Assembly: GCA_963798085.1 (NCBI GenBank)
Contig: CAWCRS010000003.1
Coordinates: 960,001-1,024,000, forward strand
DNA from: an uncultured Gemmatimonadales bacterium
Lineage (GTDB): Bacteria; Gemmatimonadota; Gemmatimonadetes; Longimicrobiales; RSA9
DNA: 64,000 nt
Direction of reading: 5' to 3'
This document shows, one piece after another, positions 8,692-19,148 of this stretch (position 1 is its first letter; each line of letters begins with the position of its first letter). Under the pieces are notes generated by a model. That model was not told where the DNA came from. It was given only the letters and a program-made list of their open reading frames with translations, and ran no database searches. The position numbers and the translations under genes were made by a program.

Positions 8692-11394
8692 CTACTCCTC
8701 GCGCAACGCCACGAGCGGGCTGATGCGGCTGGCGCGCACCGCCGGAAGCAGGCAGGCGAGCATTGCGCCGGTGGACAGCAGCAGCACGACGCCTGTCCAG
8801 GTCAGCGGATCGAGCGGACTCAGGCGGAAGAGCAGTCCGCGCACCAGGCGGGAGGCGGCGAGCGCCCCGGCCGCGCCAATGATGAGTCCCACCGCGATGA
8901 TGCGCGCGCCCTGACCTACGACGTGGCCCAGCACCACGCCTCGCCGCGCGCCAAGCGCCATGCGCACGCCGATCTCACGCGTGCGCTGCGTCACAGCGAA
9001 CGCCATCACCCCATAGATGCCGACCAGCGCGAGCACCCCGCCGAGCCCGGCGAAGCAGCCGACCACGAATGTGCGCAGTCGCGGCTCCGAGACGGTGGTG
9101 GCAATGCGGTCCGTCATGGTGCGCAGACCCGTGATGGGAATGGCCGGATCGATCTCGCGCACCGCGGCGCGCACCAATGCGACGAGCGGCATTGGATCAT
9201 TCGTCGCGCGCAGCACGATCCAGAGGTCCGTGGCCCACGGCGTCTGTACGAGCGGGAAGTACAGCTCCAGGCGCACGGGTTCATCGAGCGAAAACCGCTG
9301 CGTGTTGCCGACGACGCCGACCACGGTGATCCACGGGTCATGGTCGACCTCGTCGACGCTGCCCGTCCGGAAACGCCGGCCGATCGGGTCCTGGCCGGGC
9401 CAGAGCCGGTCCGCCAGCGCCTGGTTCACGACCACGACGCCGGGCGCGTTCGCGTTGTCGCGGGCATCGAGCAGGCGACCACGCTGCAGCGGGATGCGCA
9501 TCGTGTTGAACCAGTCGCCGTACACGGGATACATGCCGACGACCGGTTCCTTCCCTGCCTGCACACTTGCGCCTTCGGGAACAATGCGGCCGGAGGCGAA
9601 GCCATTGCTGAAGGGCAGCGCCCAGACACCGCCCGTGCCCACTACGCCGGGCAGGCGCCCGACACGCTCGAGCACTGCCGTGAAGTAGGCCACGCGCCGG
9701 GCCGGCTCGCGGTAGCTCGCGGCGGGCGGAGCCAGGTGCAGGCTCAGCACATTCTGCGGATCCAGCCCGGCCGGCACCGCGGTGAGGCGGAGGAAGCTGT
9801 GCAGCAGCAGCGCGGCGCCGGTCAGCAGCACGAAGGCGAGGGCGAGCTGCGCCACCACGAGCAGCCGCTGCAGGCGACCGGCGCGACGGCCCGTACTGCC
9901 ACGCCCGGCCTCCCGCAATGACGCGTTAGTATCCTGGCGTGAGATGCGCAGTGCGGGCAGCAGCCCGAAAAGCACGGCGCAGAGCGCGGACACGACGAGC
10001 GTGAAGATCAGGGCGCGCGTGTCCACGCTGATCGCATCCCGGCGAGGCAGCGAGTCGGGCGCGAAGGCAAGGAGCAGACGCGTGCTGTTGAGCGCGAGCA
10101 GAACGCCCAGTCCTCCGCCGGCGAACGCCAGCAGGCTGCTCTCCGTCAGCAGCTGGCGCACCAGTCGGCCGCGTCCCGCGCCCATCGCCGATCGCACCGC
10201 CAGCTCGCGGCCCCGCACGGTGGCGCGCACCAGCATGAGGTTGGCCAGGTTCGCGCACGCCACCAGCAGCAGCAGCGCGACGGCGAACGAGAGCATGGTG
10301 AGCGTGGGCCGGATGTCCGCCGTTACCACATCGTTTTCCAGCTGCAGGTTGGGCTGGTTCGTTTCGAACACATCCGGATACGCAACGCGCATGCGGTCGA
10401 ACAGCGCCTGCATCTCGGCGCGCGCGGACGTCAGAGAGGCGCCGGGCGCGAGCCGGCCAATCACCTGCAGGTAGTTCGTGTCACGATCCTGACGGGCATC
10501 ATCCGCGCGCAATGCCGTCCAATACTCGTCGCGCCAGCCGGGGAAATCGAAGTGCGGCGGCATTACGCCGATCACCGTGTGCGCCTCGTCGCCCACCATG
10601 AGCACCTTGCCGATGATGCCGGGCAGCGCGCCGTAGCGGCGGCGCCAGAGCGCATCGCTCAGCACGATCACGCGCGGTGCACCCGCGACCGCATCCGCCT
10701 CCGTCAGCGTGCGCCCCAGCTGCGCGCCCACGCCCAGCAGCGTGAACAGATTGCCCGTGCTCTGGGCGCCGGCGATCTGCTCGACCTCCGCTCCATCGCC
10801 GGAGAAGGTGTGGCCGATCTGCGTGCGGAATGCGGCCATGTCCGAGAAGCTGTGCGCGTCGTGGCGCAGGTCGCTGAAGGTGGGCCAGGAGAGCGGGCCT
10901 CTCGCCATGTCGATGCGCGCCACGCGCTGCCAGACCATCACCAGGCGGTCCGGCGAACGCCAGGGCAGCGGCTTCAGCAGCGCCGCATCCACCACGGAGA
11001 AGATGGCGGTGACCGCGCCGATCGAGAGCGCGAGCACGACAAGGGCGACGACGCTGAAGCCGGGGTTACGCGCCCAGGAACGCACCGCGTGCCGCACATC
11101 CGTCACAAGCCGGTCCATGGATCTACCTCGCCTTTTCTCAGCCGCGTGCCGAATCCCGGGCGACCTGACCGGGATCCCGCGCGCGATACGGAGCTTCACC
11201 GCAATGCGTGCGACGTCGGCGGATTCGCGCAGTGCGCAGAGAAGGGCGCCCGCCCACCCGCGCTCCGCGTGCGCCTCGGCGGACAAGCGGGCGAAATCGG
11301 CTTCCATCTCCCACGCGTGCTCGCGCCGGAACTGCGCGGGCAGCAGCCGGAGCGCGGCGCGATACGCGAAAGGCGCGCGGCCGCGGGCCGACAT
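8692..11394 (-). CDS. ABC permease, duplicated MacB/FtsX (ADOP-type orphan permease)
   Basis: DVRHAVRS..RNPGF, LLVACANLANL, QRTREIGVRMALGA, C-terminal PLVALREE. Confidence 0.92.
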   Translation of the reverse strand: MSARGRAPFAYRAALRLLPAQFRREHAWEMEADFARLSAEAHAERGWAGALLCALRESADVARIAVKLRIARGIPVRSPGIRHAAEKRRGRSMDRLVTDVRHAVRSWARNPGFSVVALVVLALSIGAVTAIFSVVDAALLKPLPWRSPDRLVMVWQRVARIDMARGPLSWPTFSDLRHDAHSFSDMAAFRTQIGHTFSGDGAEVEQIAGAQSTGNLFTLLGVGAQLGRTLTEADAVAGAPRVIVLSDALWRRRYGALPGIIGKVLMVGDEAHTVIGVMPPHFDFPGWRDEYWTALRADDARQDRDTNYLQVIGRLAPGASLTSARAEMQALFDRMRVAYPDVFETNQPNLQLENDVVTADIRPTLTMLSFAVALLLLVACANLANLMLVRATVRGRELAVRSAMGAGRGRLVRQLLTESSLLAFAGGGLGVLLALNSTRLLLAFAPDSLPRRDAISVDTRALIFTLVVSALCAVLFGLLPALRISRQDTNASLREAGRGSTGRRAGRLQRLLVVAQLALAFVLLTGAALLLHSFLRLTAVPAGLDPQNVLSLHLAPPAASYREPARRVAYFTAVLERVGRLPGVVGTGGVWALPFSNGFASGRIVPEGASVQAGKEPVVGMYPVYGDWFNTMRIPLQRGRLLDARDNANAPGVVVVNQALADRLWPGQDPIGRRFRTGSVDEVDHDPWITVVGVVGNTQRFSLDEPVRLELYFPLVQTPWATDLWIVLRATNDPMPLVALVRAAVREIDPAIPITGLRTMTDRIATTVSEPRLRTFVVGCFAGLGGVLALVGIYGVMAFAVTQRTREIGVRMALGARRGVVLGHVVGQGARIIAVGLIIGAAGALAASRLVRGLLFRLSPLDPLTWTGVVLLLSTGAMLACLLPAVRASRISPLVALREE

Positions 11395-11765
11395 CAGCGC
11401 TCGGCGCGGGCGGCGCTGCGCAGGCTGGCCGGGCGCAGCAGATGCTTGTCCGTGCCGACCGCCACCAGGTTCGCCAGCCGCTGCAGCTCCGCGCGCGCAA
11501 CATCGCGGCCGAGCGCGGTGATCGCGTAATAGCGGCGGCGGGCGTCCTCACCGGCCGCAGGCGCGAGCGTCGAACTCTGGATCAGTCCCTCGTCGGTCAT
11601 GCGCTGGAGCGCGGCGTACAGCGTGCCGGTTCCGGGTCGCCCACCTGCCGGGTCGTTTTCCTGGATCTGCTTGAGGATGGCGTAGCCGTGGCGGTCCTCG
11701 TCGGCGAGCGCGATGAGGATGCCGAGGGACAGCGGTGTGAGGGGCAGGAATTGTCGTATGGGCAC
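11394..11765 (-). CDS. PadR-family transcriptional regulator
   Basis: RHGYAI, GTLYAALQRM, RRRYYAIT motifs; overlaps the permease start. Confidence 0.92.
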   Translation of the reverse strand: MPIRQFLPLTPLSLGILIALADEDRHGYAILKQIQENDPAGGRPGTGTLYAALQRMTDEGLIQSSTLAPAAGEDARRRYYAITALGRDVARAELQRLANLVAVGTDKHLLRPASLRSAARAER

Positions 11766-11768
11766 GTT

Positions 11769-11789
11769 CTATACCGACGGTATCTATAG
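11769..11789. promoter_or_regulatory. Candidate PadR operator
   Basis: CTATACCGACGGTATCTATAG: CTATA/TATAG ends with an internal ATACCG-A-CGGTAT palindrome, immediately upstream of the padR start. Confidence 0.4.
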
Positions 11790-11843
11790 TGACAATCGCC
11801 ATAATGGGTGGAGGGGATGGGGAAAGTCAAGGGCGGGTGGGCA

Positions 11844-12114
11844 TCGGACCGTCTTGGCGTTCTTGGGTTTGGCGGGAGCTGTTATCGAACGCCCGAGCGC
11901 CTCCGAATTGTCACCCGCGAGGAGGATCCGGACGCTTGCGCGGTCCCGTTGTACCGGTAGCGGGCCAGGTGGTTGGGCGGACATGGCTTCAGCTCGTCCG
12001 ATGCTGCTATCGGCGCGCCCGGAGTGGACGGTTAGGGTGGCCAATGCCCTGGAGGCGAGGAAGGCCGCGGCATAGCGGGAACGGCCAGAACCCAAGAACG
12101 CCAAGACGGTCCGA
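11844..12114. repeat. 271-bp intergenic element bounded by a perfect 26-bp inverted repeat (REP/MITE-like)
   Basis: TCGGACCGTCTTGGCGTTCTTGGGTT at 11844-11869; exact reverse complement at 12089-12114. Confidence 0.85.
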
Positions 12115-12116
12115 CG

Positions 12117-13965
12117 TCAGTCCACCCGCGTCCCCCCGCCCGGCGCCCACCCCGAACGAAGGATCACCCACCCAACAGCCGCCGCGACCGTCGAGCCGGC
12201 GAGAATGCTCAGCTTCGCCAGGGAGAGCGTGGCCGCATCCGGATAGGCCATGCCGGCGATGAAGAAGGCCATGGTGAAGCCGATGCCGCAGAGGAACGCG
12301 GCGCCGATGAGCTGCGGCCAGCGAATATCCTCGGGCATCGTGGCGACGCCGGTGCGGGCCGCCAGCCAGGCGCCGAGCGCCAACCCGAGCGGCTTGCCAA
12401 GCAGCAGACCGAGCGCAATGCCGAGGCTGACGGGCTCGAGGAAATCGCTTAGGTGCACAGACAGCGGAACACCCGCGTTAGCGAAGGCGAACACGGGCAG
12501 CACGACGTACGCGGACCACGGTTGCAGGTTGCGCGCGAGTCGCTGGGCAGGGGAGAGCAGGCGCTCGGCAATGCCCTCGAGCGCGCGCACTGCGGCCTGG
12601 TAGCGGACTTCGCTGGCTTCGCCCGTGGCCGGCGCCTCGATGCTGAGGAGCACCGATTCGGTCTGTCCCAGCAGCGCGGCGGCGTTGGGTGCGGCGCGCG
12701 TCGGAATGGCGAAGGCGAGCAGCACGCCCGCCAGCGTGGGGTGCACGCCGGAGTGCAGCACAGCGAGCCAGAGCAGGATGCCCACCAGCGCGTAGGGCAG
12801 TGCGCGATAGACGCGCGCGCGATTGAGTCCCAGCGTGAAGCCCCAGAGCAGCGCCGCGACACCGAGGCTCATCAGCGAGATCCTCGACGCGTAGAAGAGC
12901 GCGATCACGAGGATCGAGCCCACGTCGTCGGCAATGGCGGCGGCGGCAACGAACACGCGCAGCGAAAGCGGCACGCGCCGGCCGAGCAGCGCCAGCAGCC
13001 CGAGCGCGAACGCGGTGTCCGTACCCATGGGCACGCCCCAGCCGTGGGCCGCGGGTCCGTTGGCATTGAACAGCAGGTAGATGAGCGCCGGGAAGAGCAT
13101 GCCGGCGGCGGCGGCGATCAGCGGCAACGCCGCCCGCCGTGGCGTGTTGAGGTCCCCGACCGTGATCTCGCGGCGGATCTCGAGGCCGACCACCAGGAAG
13201 AAGATCACGATCAGGCCGTCGTTAACCCAGTGTTCGAGTGTCAGCTCGAGCGCCCGCCGGCCGAATCCGATGGCGAGGCGTGTTTCCCAGATCCCGCGAT
13301 AGGCATCGGCCCACGGTGAGTTGGCCCACACGAGTGCGATAACGACGGCGAGCAGCATGAGCAGGCCGCTCGAGGTGGAGAGGCCGGCGAACTGTTCGGC
13401 GAGCAGCCGGATGCGCCAGCCCAGTGGTTTGCGCACGGCATCGACCAGGGACTCCACATCCCACGGTCCATCGTAGCGCCGGGTATCGACGAAGAAGGTG
13501 GGCGTGGCGCTGGCGCCGCTGCGCTCGGCGCTGGCCACGTCCTCAGCGATGCGCGCGGCAAAGCTGTGCCCGTCGAGATCGCGGACGAAGCGCTCCGTGT
13601 CGAGGCCGATCTCGGCCGCAGCCATGACCAGCCCATCGCGGTCGATCTCACCCTGGTGCGTGAACAGGTACTCGTGCATTTCCCAGAACTTGTCCTGCGC
13701 ACCCGCCGCTTCCGCAGCCTCCGCCGCTAACTGTGCGTTGGGATGTACCCGCCGGTTGGGCAGATGCCGGAAGACGTACCGCAGCTGACCGGGCATGCGC
13801 TCGTCGCGCACCCGCTTGAATGCCGCGATGTGCGCGCCGGCAGTACGGGCATTCGTAATCGCCGTACTCGACGAGCGTGACGGGCGCTGCGAACGGGCCC
13901 GAGATGTGATCACGCTTCGCGTCGACCGGTGGCCACAGCCGGCCGGCCCTGTCTTCCGCATTCAT
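12117..13965 (-). CDS. nhaA: Na+/H+ antiporter NhaA with N-terminal DsbA-like thioredoxin domain (frameshift near 13820)
   Basis: [11 protein letters not shown]-terminus in one frame continues into LRYVFRHLP in another; NhaA motifs [35 protein letters not shown]. Confidence 0.88.
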
Positions 13966-15044
13966 GGGTCGATCATCCACTGCGCACGGGCGGGGGTCAA
14001 GCCCGGGTGCAGGTGAGGTCGGGTGCCTTCGCGATGGCGCTGTTGCCGTCAGCCGGAGGAGCAGGCGACGACGGGTGGTCCAGCAGCCTTCGCTCCGGCA
14101 GCCGCTCCGCACGGGAAGGGCGGGCGCGGGACGAGCATCGTCGCCTGACATCCGGTCCGGCTGGCAAAGACGGTCCGCCAACCGTGCCGATTGACGCGCC
14201 GCTCACCACGGGTGAAGCTGCGATTGCCGCCCGTGGCCACGCGACCTCACCGTTTACGGGACAGACGCGCGCGCGAAACGACAGACATGCGAGCCACCTG
14301 CTGTCACGACACCGGCACGGCGGCATTCGCCGGCGCAGCCCAGCGGGTCCGTCCGCCCGCTGCCTAACAGCCTGCAAGGGCGGGCGCGCACGAGCGGATA
14401 ACGCGGACTGCGCTTCGGCGGCCGCTTCATCACGCGCTGACGACGGCATCGCTTCGGGATCTGCTGCGCCAATGGTCACGGTCGCGTGGGACCTGCGCGC
14501 ACTCTTGCCGCGATCGGCATCACGACGACTCTGGCGGCAGGGTTGGCGGGCGCGCGCGGGCTCCCATGGTGACACGCCAGCGACTTCGGTGATCGAACCT
14601 GATGCGCGTGCCCGCTCGACGGCCGTTGGGCTCGGCCTCCGCAGCACTTCGCTCCTGATGACACAACGGTGCGCAGCAGCAACCAGCGCGGGGGAGATCA
14701 GGCACTTCGCCAGGCCGTGCAACCGCCGCTACCCGGCGTTTCCCGGCAACGGCAAGGACACGCTCTGCCACCCATCATGCTGCATTGAGGGCGCACCTGA
14801 GGCGCGCCCCGGCCATCTCGCGGGTGCGCGGATCTCTGCGTAGCGACACGATATAGGTGACCGACCTCGCAACCCGAAACGGCGGCAGTCTTGCATCCTG
14901 CGTTATCGGGAGCGTTGGCCCGACGTGCGAGGCGCCGCCGGATGTTGCATATTGTCCGAACAACGCGCCGGTCGGGATAGCCGGCCACGGACCGATCGCT
15001 GAAGGGACGCGGCAGGAGCCCCACCCTTCGCATCCGGGAGATCC

Positions 15045-16277
15045 ATGGCCACGCTATCCATCGACCCGCACGTCGCCGGGCGGCCCACTGAGGCGGGCGC
15101 CGCCACGCATCGGCTGGACCCGCCGCACGCGCCCCACCGTCGTCGTTCGGGAATTCCCGCGTTCCTGCAGCTCGCGTTGCGCGCCAGCCGTCATTTCTGG
15201 CGCAACCGCCGCTACTACACACTTCGCAAGCTGCTCAACATCGGATTGATCGAACTGCAGTACCGATTCAAACGCGAGCATGTGTACGGCCGGCCGTACG
15301 CAGTAAAGATCGAGTCCACCAACCTCTGCAACACGCAGTGCCAGCTGTGTCCCACGGGGCTGCTGCTGCCCGGCCGGCGCAAAGGCACCATGGACTTCGA
15401 GCAGTTCCGCGGCCTGGTCGATCGCTTCAAGCCATGGACGCGAGAGATCGATCTCGCGATGTGGGGCGATCCGCTGATCGTGCGCGACATCTATCGCATG
15501 ATCCGCTACGCGCACGACGCTCGCATCTGGACCAGTGTCAGTTCGAACCTGCACGCCTTCCGGCCGGAGCTGGGCCATGCGCAGGCCATGATCGAGTCCG
15601 GCCTGGATGAGCTGCTGTGTTCGCTGCACGGCGCGACTCAGGCGACGTTCGAGAAATACCAGCCGCGCAAGCAGCTGGCGCCACTGCTCGAGCGCATCAG
15701 AATGCTGCAGGACCAGAAGCAGACGATGCGCAGTCGCACGCCCATCGTGCGCCTGCACTTCGTGGTGACGCGTGCCAACGAGCATGAGATGGCTGCGTTC
15801 CGCGATCTGGCCGATGGGCTCGGCTGCACCGCGATATTCTCCAATCCCTCGCTGAACATTCGTTTCGCCGAGCTGCAGCGGAAAGGCAGGCAGAGCAGAG
15901 ACCAAGCGACCTCTGCTGGACACAGCGATGCGCGCGCCGTCATGGAACGCTGGCTGCCGCAGAATGAAGCGTTTGTGGATGAGGTCTACCGCCGCGTGCG
16001 GGCCGGCGCCCACTTCAATGGCGACTTCAACGGCCGAAAGCTGGTGAACTGCGACTGGCCCTGGCGCAGGGCTGTCATCAACTGGGACGGCTCGGTCGTG
16101 CCCTGCTGCGGTTCCTGGCACAAGAACGAAGAGCTGGGCAACGTCTTCCAGCAGTCCTGGCGCGAGATCTGGAACGGGCGGGCCTACCGCATGGCCAGGC
16201 GCAGCTTCCGCCACCGCGTCGAGGCGCCACAAGGTTACAACAATCCCTGCCGCAACTGCCCGGGCATAATGCCGTAG
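15045..16277 (+). CDS. Radical SAM protein with C-terminal SPASM/twitch domain
   Basis: CNTQCQLC (CxxxCxxC); C-terminal CDWPW...DGSVVPCC...LGNV...CRNC. Confidence 0.88.
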   Translation: MATLSIDPHVAGRPTEAGAATHRLDPPHAPHRRRSGIPAFLQLALRASRHFWRNRRYYTLRKLLNIGLIELQYRFKREHVYGRPYAVKIESTNLCNTQCQLCPTGLLLPGRRKGTMDFEQFRGLVDRFKPWTREIDLAMWGDPLIVRDIYRMIRYAHDARIWTSVSSNLHAFRPELGHAQAMIESGLDELLCSLHGATQATFEKYQPRKQLAPLLERIRMLQDQKQTMRSRTPIVRLHFVVTRANEHEMAAFRDLADGLGCTAIFSNPSLNIRFAELQRKGRQSRDQATSAGHSDARAVMERWLPQNEAFVDEVYRRVRAGAHFNGDFNGRKLVNCDWPWRRAVINWDGSVVPCCGSWHKNEELGNVFQQSWREIWNGRAYRMARRSFRHRVEAPQGYNNPCRNCPGIMP

Positions 16278-16443
16278 TCGTTTCTGGGGCTCGGGCTGGG
16301 GCTGGGGCCAACGACAACGGACGACGGCGGGCACCAGCCGCTCTTTCTTCTGCGGCCGCGCGTCATCCGCCGACGCCACGCAATTCCTGAGGAAGCTTCA
16401 CACTTCTGCCACAGTCGGCAGTAGCGCGGGCGCTCTTGTTTCG

Positions 16444-18934
16444 ATGAGCTTCACTCGGTCAAGGAGCCCACCGAAGAGGGAGGTCCGCGTGCTGAACGGA
16501 TTCCGCCTGCTCGTCCGCCGCCTGGTCATGACGCCCGGTTACTCCATCGCGTTCATCCTCACACTTGGCCTCGCCATCGGCATCAACACGGCCATCTTCA
16601 GCGTGCTCGACGGCGTGCTGCTGACGCCACTGCCGTACACGAATTCGGAGCGACTCGTCTACCTGCAGCAGCCGGCGCAGCTGCGTGGCATTACCAACGG
16701 CAGTTTCTCGTTCGCCGAAGTCCAGGATTACCGGGAGGCGGCGCACACAGTCGACGCGATTGTGGAGTACGGCGACGTGACGTTCAGCGTAGTGGGCGAG
16801 GGCGAACCGCACCGGGCGATTGGCGGTGTAGTGACGTCCAACTACTTCGATGTGCTCGGTCTGCGCGCCGAGCTGGGCCGCACGCTGCGACCCGAAGACG
16901 ATGGCACGGACGCATTGCCCGCGATGGTGCTGACACACGATTACTGGCTCAATGCCTTCGGTGGCGATCCATCGGTAATCGACAAGACCGTGAAGCTGTA
17001 CGCGTTCAACACGCCGAAAGAGGCACACATCGTGGGTGTGCTGCGGCCCGGTCCGCTCTACACGGGTTCGCGGCGCCAGGATTTCTTCGCCAACTACGCG
17101 TCGAACTCGCACTACGGCGGGGCGTCCATGCTGAACGAGCGCACGCACCGCATGACGGACATCTTCGCCCGCCTCGCACCCGGACAGAGCGTGCGGTCGG
17201 CGCAGGCGGAGCTGAAGTCGCTGAGCGACGGCCTGCACAAGCAGTATCCGGAAGCCTATCCCGCGTCGTTCGGTTACACGGTGACGGTGGACTCCTGGCG
17301 CGAGGAGCTGACGCGTCAGGCGAAGCCCACGCTGCTGGTGCTGACCGGCGCGGTCGCGCTGGTGCTGCTGCTGGCGTGCGCCAATGTGGCCAACCTGACG
17401 CTGACGCGTCTGGTGCGCCGGGAAAGGGAGCTTTCCGTGCGCGCGGCGCTGGGCGCCGGCGTCACGCGGCTGCGTCTCGAGCTGCTGGCGGACAACCTGG
17501 TGCTGGCGACGGCGGGCGCGGTGCTGGGCCTGGCGCTGGCCAGTGCGAGCCGCTCACTCCTGGTGCAGTACGCGAGCCGCTTCACCGTGCGCACCGATGA
17601 GATCGGGATCAACACCACCGTGCTCCTGTTCACGCTGCTGGTGTCGACAGCGGTGGCGGCACTGCTCGCGTGGACGCCAAGGCTGCCCGGCACGGGTGGC
17701 CTGGGCTCCGCGGCGGGCGCGGCCAGCAGCGCTCGCGGCACCGCGGGTCTGCCGCGCAAGCAGCTGCAGCGCGGACTTGTCGTAAGTCAGCTGGCGCTAT
17801 GCTTCACGCTGCTGGTGGGCGCCGGTCTCATGGTCCGCACACTGTTCAATCTGAGCCACGTCGATCCCGGCCTCGCGTACCAGAGCGTAGTGTCCGTGGA
17901 TGTGCCCACCACGGGGAACAGGAGCATGGCGGACAACGTCGCGTTCATGGACAATCTCACGGATCGTGCCCGCCACTTCCCCGGCGTGCTCAATGCCGCA
18001 TACACCAGCCGTGTGCCGTTCACGCAGACCAACCTGCTCCGGTTCGCGTTCAGGGTGGAGGACCGGGAAGATGGTGAAGTGGCAAGCCCGGCCACGACCA
18101 TGACCACCGTCAGCCCCACGTACTTTCAGACCGTGGGTATCCGCATTCTGCGCGGGCGCTCGTTCAATGGAAGCGATGTTACCGGTGCCGAGCCCGTGGT
18201 AATCATCAACCAGTCGCTTGCCCGGCGCCTGTTTCCCGCGCAGGAAGCGGTGGGCAGGCGTCTCGCCCAGCAGCAGGGCAACGGGCAGTGGGGTCCCTGG
18301 CAGCGCATTGTGGGCGTGACTGCGGACACGCACGAGCAGGACATGACGCTGGCCGAGACTAACATGCTGTTCAAACCGGTGGCACAGGCGTTCCCGGGCC
18401 AGAGCATCGTGCTGCGCACGGCCGGCGATGCTTCGCCTGCACTGAAACAGCTGTCCGGCCTGGTGCGGCAGATCGATCCCGAGCGTCCCGTCGACAACAT
18501 CCGGACGCTGGAAGGTTTGCGCTACGAGGACCTGGCGCCACCTCGCCTGAATGCCACGCTGTTCATCGCCTTCGGCGCACTCGCGCTCCTCATTGCGGCC
18601 GTGGGCGTATTCGGCGTGCTGTCCTTCACCGTAAGCCAGCGCACGCGCGAGTTCGGCGTCCGCATGGCCATCGGCGCGCGCAAGGAACAGGTGCTGCAAA
18701 TGGTGCTGCGCGAGGGCGGGGTACTGGTGGCGCTGGCGCTGATCGCGGGCGGCATCGGTGCGTTTGCGCTCTCGCACTTCCTGAGCGGCCTGCTGTTCCG
18801 CGTGGCGCCCGGCGACGCAGTCACGTACAGCGTGGTCGGCACTTCTGCTGGTGGCCGTGGCATTGACGGCGACGTGGCTGCCGGCCCGGCGGGCCACGCG
18901 CGTGAACCCCACCGACGCCCTGCGCACCGACTGA
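16444..18934 (+). CDS. ABC permease, ADOP-type (frameshift near 18843)
   Basis: LACANVANL, QRTREFGVRMAIGA; canonical end PARRATRVNPTDALRTD* lies in the +1 frame, stop at 18932-18934. Confidence 0.88.
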
Positions 18935-19148
18935 TGCCACTCGGGGGGCGTGCGCCGGTCCCGGCCGCGCACGCCCCTGCACCAGTCCCCGGTGCCGGGC
19001 CCGCCTCGCTACGCCTTCCGTACGGGCCTTTCTGTCAAGGTCGCGTGAGAAGCCGTCGAACATCAGATGGATGAAGCGTATGCAAGCCGGTCCCGAGGGG
19101 TGGCCGGCAGACACGCGTGCGGCCAGGGCCTACCGCTGATGACGACAA

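Noticed and set aside
14287..14367. 26-aa Cys-containing ORF as a RiPP precursor for the radical SAM enzyme
   Set aside because: No RBS, no leader/core pattern, and about 680 bp from the enzyme
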